This document shows positions 48,559-64,000 of a DNA stretch of 64,000 nucleotides, piece by piece (within the stretch, counting starts at the first letter, position 1; each line of letters opens with the position of its first letter). The notes under the pieces were generated by a model. It ran no database searches. It saw nothing but the letters and a program-made list of their open reading frames with translations, and was not told the DNA's origin. A program made the position numbers and the translations under genes. This DNA is from the human T2T-CHM13v2.0 reference genome, Homo sapiens, in NCBI RefSeq assembly GCF_009914755.1, contig NC_060926.1; one strand, written 5' to 3'.

Positions 48559-48908
48559 TGTATTAACCTGTTTTCATGCTGCTGACAAAGACATATCCAA
48601 GACTGGGAAGAAAAAGAGGTTTAATTGGATTTACAGTTCCACATGGCTGGGGAGGCCTCAGAATCATGGCAGGAGGTGAAAGGCAATTCTTACTTGGCGG
48701 TGGCAAGAGAGAATGAGGAGGAAGCAAAAGCAGAAAACCCTGATAAACCCATCAGATCTCATGAGACTTATCCACTATCATGAGAATAGCACGGGAAAGG
48801 CCCCCATGATTCAATTACCTCCCCTTGGGTCCCTCCTACAACAAGTGGGAATTCTGGGAGATACAATTCAAGTTGAGATTTTGGTGGCGACACAGGCTAA
48901 CCGTATCA
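48559..48908 (-). mobile_element. THE1 MaLR solo LTR
   Basis: TGTATTAAC...CCGTATCA; 5-bp TSD GCAGG. Confidence 0.88.
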
Positions 48909-49144
48909 GCAGGGAAAATTCTGTTGTGCAAAAGGAGGAGGGAGCTATGGGCGCGGTCCCAGGTCTGGCAGGGGTAGATTTGAATTTTGTGGAGCCTGAA
49001 GTTTATACTTAGAGGTCTTCTTTGAGAAAAAGCATACAAAAATGTCTTATTTCTGCAAATTTTACAAAACCATTGACCAGGTGAGTCATGCCTTACCCTA
49101 CCCAGAGCTCAGGAGGGGCCCTCATTAGCTTCTCAGGAAACCTA

Positions 49145-49570
<426 letters not shown>

Positions 49571-50304
49571 TTAATATGCTCCTGGAATTTCTTTTTGCCA
49601 CCCCACCAAAGCCTTGGGGTGGCCTTTCTATCACTGTAGCTTGGAAAGGGCAAGAAAACTCCATCTGCCTCATTTAGGAAAGTAGTGGTTTACTAAAGGG
49701 CAAGGTGGTAGGGAGAGGGCTCTGCAGTGTTTGAGTCCAGTTAGGACCCCACTGCTGTAAATTGAGATGTGTGAACTGCCTGCTGAAAGAGGAGCTGGTG
49801 TTTTCCTGGCTGGGCTCCAGAGGACAGGCTGTCATCGGCTGCAGTGAATGCTCCCAGCTCCTTTCCCTTTGCTGGCTTCGTACTTATTTTAGCCTGTTCT
49901 GCACGCATTTTGTAAATACGGTCCAATCAGGGAGTGACCTGGCTTCTGCCTCAGCAAAGCCCTGGATTTTTTTTTTTTTTTAAATGTAAGTAATTTATCA
50001 GGTTCAAAGCTAAATAAGAGCTTCTATAAACAGGTCTTTTCCCAGATCACCATTTGGGCTGGCAGGGCCAACCTGCCAGAAATGGGTTCTGGCCTGTCCT
50101 TAAGAGGGGGCACAATCAGGGTGGCTTTAGAAATATTAATTGAGAGGTTTCAATAGGATGGCTCCAGCCAGGAGGGGCAGAGAGACAAACCAGTTGGTGG
50201 AGGAGAGACCTGAGGATGAGTGGATGAGGGTGAAGTGGGGGAGTTATGGGTGGGGAGAGGGGACTCAAGCCCATGTATTTTCTACCATCATGACCCCCTA
50301 GGTG

Positions 50305-50600
50305 TTTTTTTTTTTTTTTTTTGAGATGGAGTCTCGCTCTGTCACCCAGTCTGGAGTGCAGTGGCGTGATCTTGGCTCACTGCAACCTCTGCCTCTCGGG
50401 TTCAAGCGATTCACCTGCCTCAGCTCCTGAATAGCTGGGTCTACAGGTATGTGCCACCACGCCTAGCTAGTTTTTGTATTTTTAGTAGAGACAGGGTTTC
50501 ACCATATTGGCCAGGCTGGTCTCGAACTCCTGACCTTGTGATCCGCCTGCCTCGGCCTCCCAAAGTGCTGGGATTACAGGCGTGAGCCACTGCGCCCAGC
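50305..50600 (-). mobile_element. Alu (AluS)
   Basis: TSD TGACCCCCTAGG. Confidence 0.92.
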
Positions 50601-51220
50601 TGACCCCCTAGGTTTTGAGGAATGAATGTGCCACTCCAAAGAGGGTGACGTATGGTCCCAGCCTGTCTACTGTCAGCTTCACTGTGTGGTCGTCAACTTG
50701 TACTGTCAACTTCACCAGGATTCTCCAGGGGCTAACATAGGCATTAAAAGCACTCACTTGATATTCAAATATTCCCTCTTTCCATTTTCTTCTCCCTCTG
50801 CCTCAGAGGAAATTGACTGTAAATGGCAACTTCACAGACCGTCCTGAGCTGCACGTTGAAGCTAAGCCAGCAGCCCTGGGATTTACAATCATAACCTCTT
50901 GGAATTGAACTATTAACTAATCCAAACACGAGTATATTAAGTCACCAACCCTGGCTTGAGCAATTACCGAAGTCTCTTCAGTCAATAGTTCTAAAATGGT
51001 TGGAACTGCTGCCTCTTTAATCAGATCTCAAGCTTCGAGAGGCTGCGTCTCCCTTTTTCCTGAAGGAATTGCAGGGGCCTGAGTGAGATGTTTCCCTCGC
51101 TCCTCCCGCCCCAGGAACAATGTGATTAGTTTGAAGCCTGAAGATGGTGAGGCTGAAAATTAAGTGTTAAATGTTCAGGTTTCTTGAAGTCTGTCCAGTT
51201 GTTTTAAGAAGTACCATGTT

Positions 51221-51517
<297 letters not shown>

Positions 51518-51826
51518 TTATTTGAACAACAGGAAGCAGAGCAACAGGCAGAGCTCACCTAGAAACAGAGATGATAAGTGAGTTGTAAAGGAAATACTTG
51601 TTGAAGGTAACAAGTTAATAAGGCAGATAGGCCTTGAGAGCAGGATTTGTTCTGATCCAGGTCACGGTGCAGTGAATAGTAGTCCTGACTCTGAATGTGT
51701 GAGCTTGGCCTGACACATCTCCCTTCTGACTGAGGCTGCTCTTGATCATTGGTTGCTGAAGAGTTGGGGTGGGGGTTGCAGGTGATACATGCACAACGTT
51801 AAGCAACATCATGAGAAAGGGATTAA

Positions 51827-52186
<360 letters not shown>

Positions 52187-52741
52187 TAAGTGACCATGAG
52201 CAAGTTACTTAATCTCTCCGTGCCTCAGTTTCCACATTTCTCAAGGTAATAAGATTGATACCTGCCTTTTGGTGTTGTCACGAGAGCTGTGCCTGGCACA
52301 GTTTTGTGTAAGTGTTTCCTGTTATAATGATGAATTTACTTTTAATTCTGATTTAATAAAGAGAAGATCTCAGTTTGGTGCTAATATGTTTTCAACAACC
52401 TCTCTTAGCACTTGCTAATCTCCTTTTAACAGAGAGCAGGGATTAATTTGTGAGAGTTTTTCATTACATTTATTTTTATGGTTATCTCACATTTTGCACT
52501 TATATGGCAAGAGAAATTGGTTTTCCCTTTTATAACAGTGACATAAAGTTTTTTTTAGAAAGTAACTTTATTTAAATACAGTGTGAGTTGACTTAAGCAA
52601 AAAGTATTAAGAAAATTATAAATCTAAGTGTGATGTGACGAAGGCAAAAATTCTGAAGGTGGGACCCAGGTGACAGAAGTTTGGGAAGCAGTAGACTCCC
52701 AATCTCACCTGAAGGAACTTCCAGCGCAAACATCTTTCTTG

Positions 52742-53031
52742 TTTTTTTTTTGAGACGGAGTCTTGCTCTGTTGCCTGGGCTGGAGTGCAGTGTCGCAATC
52801 TCGGCTCACTGCAACCTGCGCCTCCCAGGTTCAAGCTATTCTCCTGCCTCAGCATCCTAAGTAGCTGGGACTACAGGCGCCCGCCACCACGCCCAGCTAA
52901 TTTTTTGTATTTTTAGTAGAGATGGGGTTTCACCGTGTTAGCCAGGATGGTCTCGATCTCCTGACCTTGTGATCCACCCGCCTCGGCCTTCCAAAGCACT
53001 GGGGTTACAGGCGTGAGCTTCCGCGCTCGGC
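52742..53031 (-). mobile_element. Alu (AluSc/Y-like)
   Basis: Reverse Alu. Confidence 0.9.
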
Positions 53032-56000
53032 AAAGCATTTTTCGAATGAGGATACCTCTGGGCATTTTTATATTCAGGAAGAAGCTTCAGCAGGAAGCGT
53101 CCTCTGGCTTCCGCCCGGCTTCCTTTTGCTCTTCCATCTGTGCACGGCCACAGAGACGAGTCACTGGGTCAGTTGAGTGACTGCCCCATCCCATGGCCGT
53201 ACGATCCCTGCCCCGTGATACTGCAACCCTCTGACTCTGGGATGGGGGTTCCCAGAAGAAACAGGCAGACTCTTAATCAGTGCATGGCATCTGGGGAGTC
53301 ACACAACATCAGAGCAATTTAGATCATTTACACCAGTTGTACGCAACGGATGCAGTTTGGTTAAGCCTGAACCCACGACTGGCTTCCCTTCCCAGGCATC
53401 AGATACCTTCATGCCTCCTGAATGAGAAAGAAAGCAGGTCTGCCAAGTCTCAGGAAGGCAAAGCGAATGTCAGTAGCTATTTCTATGGAGGGAGGAGACC
53501 GGGTGAAATTAGATGAGAGCATAAAGACCGGAGAATGTGTTTTTAAGCACCATGGGCAAATAAATTGAAAAAGATGGAAATGTTAAATTCTGAAAATTTT
53601 AATCTGAGTAATTACAGAGAAACAGGTTTGGGGCCCATGTAAGGAAGATTTGGGTAGCATAAGCCAGAAATTAATGGATCATATTGGTGGTTGAAATATA
53701 GGCCTTTAATGAGACCCCCAACTGGAGAATCTGTTTCTACAGTTCGGTATCTTGGACCTCCAATTTCAGCTCTCCAAGGGAAACCATCCTGGAGCGGTTT
53801 GTGCCAGCTCTGAACAAGTCCTCTCTGAGGACAGGTAGGCTGCGGTCTCCACCAGAATGTCCTTCTTTCCTCCAATGTCCCTATTTGCACCTTTGGTATT
53901 CCTGTTACATTGGTCCCTGGGTGAGAAACCTTTGGGGCCACAGTTCAATTTCCCTTCTCTTTCTTTTCTCCACCCAGACAGTTATCAAGTCCTCAAATAT
54001 TTTCTGTGCGATTACTAATATTACTAAATATTTTCTGTTCTCCATTCACACTGCCCTCTTCTTCAACCAACCCTTCATTCAGTAAATATCAAGTGCCTGA
54101 TATGTGTTGGAACTCGACTTGTGTCACCTCATGCCTGAATCCTTGATCTGGAGTCCCCATAGAGTTAAGCATAATCAGTGCTCAGGAAGTATTTACTGAA
54201 TTGATATAAGGGTGTCTCAGTCTTCTCTGTCCTGCTGCAGATGTTTTTTGTTGGCTTAGTGGGGAGATCAAAGCTCTCATGAAACCCTAGTCTAGCGGGA
54301 ATCCCTAGAACTTCCCTGAAATTGACATCCTCACGGGCCTCAGGCCTGGGGATCCACCCCTAGCCCTTCCCTGTCTTCCCAAAACATCCTAAACTGGGAG
54401 TATGAGAGGAGGGCTGGACAGCTGTGGACTTTAATTCATTGAGTGCCCAGATGGTCAAATAAATGAAGGTATGAGTCTGCAAGCAGCTGAGGAGTGGAGT
54501 TATCGGTTGCTCACCCAAGATGCTTTGTCTTACCTCTTTGATTTCCAAGCTAATCTATCCCCTGCTTTTTTTCTTTAATCAGTTGACTGTTCAGAGATTC
54601 TTTTTGCATTGGGAGGATCTAAGTACATTTATTACTAAAGGTAATTAACAAATCATATGGAAATATTTATGTATTCAAATTCAATCCCTGTGTGAAGAAA
54701 TACCTTGATGTAAACAGGGTGCTTTATTCTAGATAGACATATTTGTTCCTTGTTCATTGACTACATAATCAGACAATAATGCTGTGGGTGCACATTTGAG
54801 TTAGGGGGAAGAAGCCTCTTAACTTTCCATGGTACAATTCTCAGTAGAATCCCCTCCTGGTAAATATTTTTATTCTGGAATAATATGCCATAGTGTTTAT
54901 AGAAAGATTTCTTATTCAACAGTAAAATGGTTGTATTATTTTGATTGCATTCTTAGTCCTTGGTAATTGTCTCATTTTTCTTTCATAAAAGGAACTCAGA
55001 CACCTAACACAATTGTACTTCAACACCAATTCAGCTCATTATGAAGAATTCTGCCGATAGAATTCTGTGAGTTGTGAATATCTTCTTTGCCCACATTTAG
55101 TTTTCTCAAATCGTCTGTAATTCATAGGTAGCACAGATGTTTCCAGCTGTTGGAAAATGAAGCTTGAAGTTCATGCCGATAAGGAGAAAAATATCTAATT
55201 CAAATTCCAAGAATTGTTTGACCTAAATCAATTTCAACTTGAGAAAACGGGGTCAACTCTCTGTACCCCACAAGAATCACCCTGGTGATTAAAAAGTAAA
55301 TCTTGAAGAATTAAATTATGTTGCTGTTCAGCTTTCATATGCACACTTAGGAAAAAAAACAGAGCATCAAAGGCTGTTGGAATAACTCAATTTAGTGATG
55401 ATGGCAGAGCGTTGCTGAAAAAGAGCTTTCTAGGCAGCGAGCTTTGCTCGGGGGAACTGCTGCAAACTTCAGTTGGTATCTGAGAGAAAAGGAGAGGTCT
55501 TTCAGATGAATAATTTTATGACTTTCAACCACACACATACAGCTTGAATATCAAATTATTTTAAATGAGAACTTCAAAAAGATCCACCTGTCAAATGAAT
55601 AAAAAGCCCCAAACAGTTGCCTAACAGAACAAAGAGATTTGGATTCAAATGCCAAACAGAGATGGGACGAGGCGAGACTTTATTGTGCCGGCATCCCCAA
55701 GACACATGTACGAGTTAGAGTTCACCCTCCGATGGATGTGGGGGTCTCTTCATCCACTTGGGTTGCTATGACAAGATTCTTTGGGATGCGTAATCTATAA
55801 ACAACAGAAATTTATTTTTCACAGTTCCGGAGGTTGAGAGATCTGAGATCAACAGAAGGGGTGAACAGCTTCCTTATACCTCTTTTATAAGGCCACTAAT
55901 CCCACCCATGAGAGCTTAATCACCCCCTAAACAGGCCCCATGTCTTAACACATCACATCGTTGATTAGCTTTCAACCTATGAATTTTGCAAGGACACATT

Positions 56001-56661
56001 CAGGCTATAGTGGGGGGCATTGAGCCTCAGGATTTCAAAGATCATCAAATCCATCCCTCCTTGTTTCGAGAGTGAAAACACAGAGGCCAGAACACAGGTG
56101 TCCTGCCAGCTGCAACCCCACCCCACTCAGTGAGTCTAGACACGTTCCACGTTAGCGTTCTCTTGAGTAGCATGGAGAAAAATTAGTGATTGATAAAGTG
56201 CTCTGGTCTGTGGGACTAATGAAAGACAATGATTTATGTGTCACTCTTCCTAGATGATATTTGCATTTTAAAGGAGGGCTTCAATACCTTCGGCTCAAAG
56301 GAATGAGCTAAGGCAAGGATTTTCAGGCAACTGAATCAGAATGAGAGATTCCTCTCCTATCTTCCCCTCATATGTTTCATATCAAACAAACGAGTATGCA
56401 TATATCAAGGTATCTACTGAGTGTTGTGGAGAAAGAACTGCCATGGATTGCAAGATTCTAATTCTTGTCCTGCTCTCATTTAAAACAACTTGAATATGAT
56501 TCACCCATGTAATCCAAAACCACTTGTACCCCTAATGCTACTGAAATACAATTTTTAAAAAACCAATTTGATATTCAAGCAGGATGTATACACTTGAAAA
56601 CCTTAAAATTATTCCTTTGAAAAGGTCTGCCACCCAAGGACCCACATGTGACCCGGGTATC

Positions 56662-57028
56662 TGATGTGGTTTTGCTGTGTCCGCACCCAAATCTCATCTC
56701 GAATTGTAATCCCCACTTGTCAGGGGGAGGTACTTGATCAGGGAGGTGATTGGATCATGGGGGCAGATTTTCCCCATGCTGTTCTCGTGATAGTGAGTAA
56801 GTTCTTATGAGATTTGATGGTTTAAAAGTGTGGCACTTCCCCGCTTGCTCTGTCTCTCCTGCCGCCTTGTGAAAAAGGTGCCTGCTTCCCCTTTGCCTTC
56901 CTCCATGATTGTAAGTTTTCTGGGGCCTCCCTAGCCAGGCGGAACTGTGAGTCAATTAAACCTCTTTTCTTTATAAATTACCCAGTTTCAGGTAGTTTTT
57001 TATAGCAGTGTGGGAATGGACTAATACA
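56662..57028 (+). mobile_element. MSTA/THE1-type MaLR solo LTR
   Basis: TGATGTGGTTTTGCTGTGTCC...GGACTAATACA. Confidence 0.85.
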
Positions 57029-57589
57029 AAATCCAAGTTGATCTTCAGGAAGCTAGGCACAGGGATATTTGCCCTGGATTTCTTCTCTCTCAGGGAAGTT
57101 GTGAGCAAGATATAGGCTCATGAAAGTGCAAATGCTCTGTAAATTGGGATCTGAGATGGGGGTTCTGATTTTCATCAGCTGGGATGGAGTGCTGCTTTTG
57201 CCAACAGCAATGTCTCTGCCGCCCAGTGGCCACCTTGGCTGGCTTACTCAGTCTCCAGTCTGCCCCTAAATTTTGGCGGCCTGGAGTGCAACATGACCCC
57301 AGGGGAGGAGGGGTGCCTAAGGGATTCATGGTGGCCATGCAGGTCAGTTCCTCCCCACTAGCGCCCAGACCATGGGTCCTCTGGGAAAGCACCTGAAGCC
57401 CCCCCACTCTCACTGGCCCAAGAAAAATGACAGGTTTTGTCTTTCTGCCTCTCTTCCATGCTTCTCTTTTATCTGATTCCTCTGATCTCTATTCTCCAGT
57501 ACTGTATGTCTATTCTCCCATTCTGCCTTATCATTTGCTGGTCTTTAAAAATTTATATAAGGTCCTCATTAGAATTTAAAAATGTTTCT

Positions 57590-58281
<692 letters not shown>

Positions 58282-61200
58282 TAAATGGGATTTTTTTCTT
58301 TCATTTTATTTTCCAATCAGTTGTGTGTATGTAGCAAGCTATTGACTCTCATACATACATTTTTATAGCTAGCCATCTTATCGAATTATCCTATTGATTT
58401 TAACAGTTTTGTTTTTGTTTTTGTTTTAACTCTATTCTCTTTGGTTTTCCAGGTGTAGAGTCAAAACTAGTTGCAAATAATTATAATATTATCTTCTCTG
58501 TTATGTTTATGACTTTTATTCTCCCATGGCAATGGTGAGTTTCAGTGCTGAACATGGACATTTCCTGTCTTCTTGGGTTTTCCATTTGGTTTCTTCTGAG
58601 AATTCTGCTTCTCTGATTTTGTTTATGATTTGGGATATTGAACCTGAGTTCTGACCTGGGCTCTCACTGGTTCTGGGGAGTGAAGGTCAGGGGCTCAGAG
58701 GATCCTTAGAATTGGGGGTCCACAAGGCTGGTGGACTGTTTAATCCTCTCCTCCACGTCCACAACTCATATCCCTGTCCCATCGTCCCTCCTCCTTCCTG
58801 GTGCTTCCTCCAGCTTGACTTGTAGTCTTGGGAGCTTAGCAAGTTGATTTTAGGGAAAGGAAAACCAAGAAAGGAATGGTTACAAAACTCTAGGATTATT
58901 TCAATGGATGGATTTTATAATTAGAGAAATACACTGTGGATGTATTTCTAAGTATATTTTTGCATTAAAAAATACAACTCAAGCACTATTAGGTGCCATG
59001 AACAGAAATCAAACTCAAGCCAGCTTACATTTGGAAAAGGCAAATTCATTGACTCCTATCACCAAGCTGCAGGAAGCCTGGGTTGTTGCTTAACTTACTC
59101 TCATCCCTGCTTCCTTTGAGGACTGACTTAACTCTCAGGCTGGCCAGTACCCTAAAGTTGGTACCACGGTGTGGGCAGCTCTGGGGCTGCCATCTTAATT
59201 CTAAGCACCTGAATTGCTTATCTCATTTAATCCATGACATGAACCTATGAGGTGGGTCTTGTTATCCCCATTTTACAGATGAAGAAATGGAGCCTCAGTG
59301 AGGACCCTTCCCAAGTTCACAAAGCTGGTAAAGAACTTTGGGATCTGGAGTCAACTCTGATTGAAGAGCTTGGGCTTTTAGCCCTGTGCATTCTCCTGCC
59401 CCTCCTCTTGAGAGCAGAGAGAAAAGAGCTCTTCCCACTCACTCCAGTTGGGCTGGAATGGGCTCAGATTGGCCTGGTCGTTTGCCTATCCCTGGGCCAA
59501 TTACTGATGTCAAAGGGATCAGTCTCTAGGATTAGCCCAGCCAGGGCTATAGAGAACCAAATGGAAGTAGAGCTCTTTCCCAAATGAAGCGGGGGTGTTG
59601 TTCTGGGAAGGCGAAATAATAAATGGCCCCTACAACTCCCAAGCCCAAACCCTCCACTCTAGGTAGACCAGCTATTTCAATGCTCTGGGAACAAGTCAGG
59701 CACATTCCTGCCTCCCCATCTTTGTGCCTGTCATTCCTTCTCTCCGAAATGCCCTTTTCTCCTACATCCTGGGTCGAATGTCCCTTCTTTTTGTGTGTCA
59801 TACCTTTCTTTAGGTAGCATCAAGCTTCCTCCTTTCTCCTGAGTTTTGGGGAGTAGCTCTACAGATTTTTCCCACTATTTGATTGATGAAAAGGTAGTTT
59901 TATTTTCCAAAGGTAAAAAAGGAACAGCTTCCTCTACTGACTTTTCTATGATCTTGCTCTCCCCTTCGAACTTTCCAGCTGATGGAACTTTGCTGGGAAA
60001 AAAAAGCAGCTCAAGGTGCCTGTGCCAAGATATTAGCATATACTGCCCCAGGCAAAGACACCGCTGGCATGCTCCATCTGTTTTTGCCAAGTTCTGTTAT
60101 GTAAGTGACAGCTGAGGGTATCTTTTAAGAAGCGTAGTGTTTGTGAATGATGTGTCTTAATAGAGGAACAATGAGACACACTGGCATGCACAGCGTGCTT
60201 TGTGGGAGCAGGTTTTTTGCTGGAGGGTAATTTGGAGGGGAAAAGATGTTCAGGAGGAATAGCAGTTAAGGTGGGGTGGTGGGTAATAGTGACAAGAGGG
60301 TTCTTTTCATTTGTGAAGGGCTGCCTGTGGGCTGAGCCTCCTCTGGGCATCTCTCTTGGGGCAGGGCAAACACACTCTTGAGAATCAACTGTGAGGAGTT
60401 TGCTGGAGTCCCCAGCACCTGCTCTTCTCCCACCCAAGTTAGAGACCAGTCCATGTTTAGCCCCCTGGGGACTCTAGATATTATCTCTAAGCTTGGAAGC
60501 AAGGAATTCACTTGGCCAGTGTGGTGGTTGTAAAACATAGCTCCTAGATTCTTTGGCACTTTTCCTATCTGGGATGGAGTCTATGACCTTTCCTCTTGAT
60601 TCTGCTTTGGCCAATAGAGTATGGTGGAAGGGCTAAGACTGAAAAGGCCATGTGGCTTCCCCTTGGTGCTCTGATAGTGTTTGCTTTCTAGAGACCCCTT
60701 CTCAGAAAGCCTTCTCTCTAACTCAACTGCCATGTTGTGAAAAGCCGAATCCACGTGGAGAGGCCATGTATAGGTGTTCTGGCTAGTCCTTAGGCCATCC
60801 CAGCCCAGGCACTAGACCTGTGAGTGCAGAAGCCACCTTGGAAGCCCCAGACATCGTGGAGAAGAGAAGAACCATCCCCACTGTACCTGAATCCCCACAG
60901 GAATTAGGAACAAAATAAAATGGTGGTTGTTTTCTGTCACAAAGTCTTGGGGATACAACAAAGATGACGGAAACAGTCAGAGTCTCTTGATGTCAGCTAT
61001 AACCGAGGGTCCCAGAACCCCCTTCAGCTTTCTAGTGCCAGAGAGTCAGGAGTTGTGTGATGTTCTGGGTAGAGTGGGGTTCTTTGCAGGGAACTGGGAT
61101 CCCGGGACATCTGATATTATTTCGTAAGGGCTTCTAATGCATATAAAAACGATGCCATCTTGTCCAGGAGCGTTTTCCCAGCTTGGAGTCTGCTTCGCTT

Positions 61201-61668
61201 CCCATGACATTTGGGCACTCTGCCGTACCCTATCAGCCTTGATGGAAAATTCCAATGGACCTTTTTCTCTACAGATGTATTTATTCTCTAAGAAGCAAGT
61301 TCCAGCACCCCATGCACAGGGTTTGCCAACCATCTGGAAGGTTTGATCTCAATACCTTTCTTCCTCCTGCCATATTGTTTATCTCCTGGTCACTGAGTGT
61401 GATACTGAGTTTACGGAAGCTTGAGGGATTTCTGCCAGCCAGGGAATCAATAAGTAGTGGTTGAGTGATTATGCTTTCTAAAGGCTTGTGGAGGAAAGGA
61501 AGAACTATATGACTCAGTCCATTCTCTCAAGAGCCACAAACATGTAAAGTAAAATAGTACAAAGATTATAATATTTCCAGCATTTATATAGCACTCTTAT
61601 CTAAGAGAGTGGGTAGCAGGTACTCTTCATTTTCTGTGTGTGTCTGTCTGTTGGAGTTTAGGGACCTC

Positions 61669-61961
61669 TTTTTTTTTTTTGAGACAGAGTCTCACTTTGT
61701 CGCCCAGGCTGGAGTGCAGTGGTGTGATCTTGGCTTTCTGCAACCTCTGCCTCCTGGGTTCAAGCAATTCTCTGCCTCAGCTTCCTGAGTAGCTGGGATT
61801 ACAGGCGCCTGCTCCCATGCCCGGCTATTTTTTTAATATTTTTAGTAGAGACGGGGTTTCACCATCTTGGCCAGGCTGGTATTGAACTCCTGACCTTGTG
61901 ATCCGCCTGCCTTGGCCTCCCAAAGTGCTGGGATTACAGGCGTGAGCCACCGAGCCTGGCC
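61669..61961 (-). mobile_element. Alu (AluS)
   Basis: TSD AGGGACCTCTTTTT. Confidence 0.92.
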
Positions 61962-62362
61962 AGGGACCTCTTTTTATAATACATAAGATTATAAAGGAAG
62001 CTGATCATATTGTAATATGGCTGTCCAAACACTAAAAAACCAAACAAAATCAAATTTGTGAATGTAGTAACAGTTTATCTTTTGTATTAGCCCATTAAAT
62101 AATAAAACCTAGCAATAGTTTTATAATCACCCTAATATTGAAGTAGTTATGAGTATAAACTATATATTTTAGACACTGCAACAACTGTAGTGTGACATGA
62201 AATATCTGTGGTTCTGTTGGTGACAAAGTCACAGGTATGTTAATACCTCCATGTGAGTGCCTACATTCTAATTGAGAGAAATGCTAAATTTTAATTAGAG
62301 GTTAATGCAGGCAGAAAGGGGTCCATGGTTTGTAATAAATTTAAAAACAATGAAAAAATTGA

Positions 62363-62678
<316 letters not shown>

Positions 62679-62728
62679 AGTCTTGATTTTATTATCACTA
62701 TGTACCATTGGCTTTCAAGATTGTCAGT

Positions 62729-63013
62729 GGCCAGGCGCAGGGGCTTATGCCTGTAATTCCAGCACTTTGGGAGATGGAGGCTGGCGGATCACCTGAGGTT
62801 GGGAGTTCGAGACCAGCCTGACCATCATGGAGAAACCCCGTCTGCACTAAAAATACAAAATTAGCTGGGTGTGGTGGCGCATGCCTGTAATCCCAGCTAC
62901 TTAGGAGGCTGAGACAGGAGAATCACTTGAACCCAGGAGGCGGAGATTCAACAAGATCGGGCAACAAGAGTGAAACTCCACAAAAAAAAAAAAAAAAAAA
63001 AAAACAACAAAAA
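62729..63013 (+). mobile_element. Alu (AluSp-like)
   Basis: ATGGAGAAACCCCG diagnostic; TSD AAGATTGTCAGTG. Confidence 0.9.
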
Positions 63014-64000
63014 AGATTGTCAGTGACAAAATACATCCCTGCAGGGGGCCAAAGGTTCCCATTGCTTGTCTTCCTCACCCCCATATGCCACTGAATAGAG
63101 ATGTAATTCTGGTATCGTTGTTTCCCCATCTAAGTTCAAAGACACCTAAATCCTATCCATGGACTCCAGGTTACAAACTCTTGTTGTATGGTGTGTCATG
63201 GTATGGGGGGTGGGCTTTAGAATCAGACAGGTCTGAGTTTGAGCCAGCTGTGTTATTCATTAGTTATATGACCTTGAGAAAATTGCTTAACCTCTCTGAG
63301 AATCGGTTTCCTTCTCTGGATAACAGGGTATAATAATGGTGCCCTTCCCATCATTGTTGGGAGGATTCCCTGAGATTCTAAAGTGAATGACATGGTGAGC
63401 ACTGTGTTCGGCCCTTGGAGAGGGCTCCATCAATGGTGGTGGAGCTGACCGTCATTGTAATGGTTGATCTTCCCATTGGCGCTGTGCAAAGGTACTATTG
63501 CCTTGGTTTATCAGCTGAGAAAACCAGTCTTCAAGTCTGCCGAGGTGTTCTGATGGGGCAGGAGATGCCTGCTGTCCTGCTGTCACCCAACTGCCAAAGA
63601 GAACCTGATTTGCTCTTTCTCTCCACCATCCTGCCCTCCTGCCATGGTGGGCACCAAGTTGCAGACTCCAGGACCAGCTACCAGGAGCCCTGCTCGGGCC
63701 AGAACTGACCTAGGATAGGAAGGGTTTCCCTGGATCAGTGGGAGCATGTAGGTAGGTTCTACTGCCCAGCGGGAAGGCTATGCTGGCATTCCAAAGCCCT
63801 GCCCTAACCCTCCCCTCATATGAAGTTCCTTGACTTTGGAGATCACTCCCTCTTAGAACCCTTAAAGCCCTCCTGGCTGTGCCACTCATCTGGCACTTGA
63901 TGTACATGCGGATGTGGTCATTTTTCTTACGCCAGCTGCTCTCCTCAGTTAGATCATAAATGGATTGAGGGCAGGGAATGGCAAGATAATTCCTGTGGAT

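Overview
Human-type (primate) genomic DNA that I recognise as chromosome 2q35, all genes on the + strand. The window holds the last two exons of STK11IP (1-1167), then the complete 23-exon SLC4A3 (AE3 Cl-/HCO3- exchanger) gene (about 12246-26700). I spliced SLC4A3 by hand: 22 GT-AG coding exons sum to 3699 nt, or 1232 aa plus stop. An 81-nt alternative acceptor gives the 1259-aa form, and an intron-6 first exon gives cardiac cAE3. After about 31 kb the sequence becomes gene-free and repeat-rich (Alu, L1, MaLR/ERV LTRs, MER DNA transposons), which I take to be the start of the EPHA4 gene desert. I see no prokaryote-type system such as CRISPR or an operon. The most unusual signals are: (i) three intronic repeats on or beside SLC4A3 splice sites, namely a triplicated exon-21 acceptor whose decoys read into stop codons, a UG-rich tract flanked by cryptic poison splice sites, and a 28-bp triple repeat complementary to the adjacent donor; (ii) a (CGG)11 repeat and uORFs in the leader; (iii) a CTCF/RFX motif cluster just past SLC4A3, enclosed by a 98%-identical 249-bp direct duplication; (iv) traces of gene conversion or template switching inside Alus. 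Repeat subfamily names come from memory of consensus sequences, not from a search.
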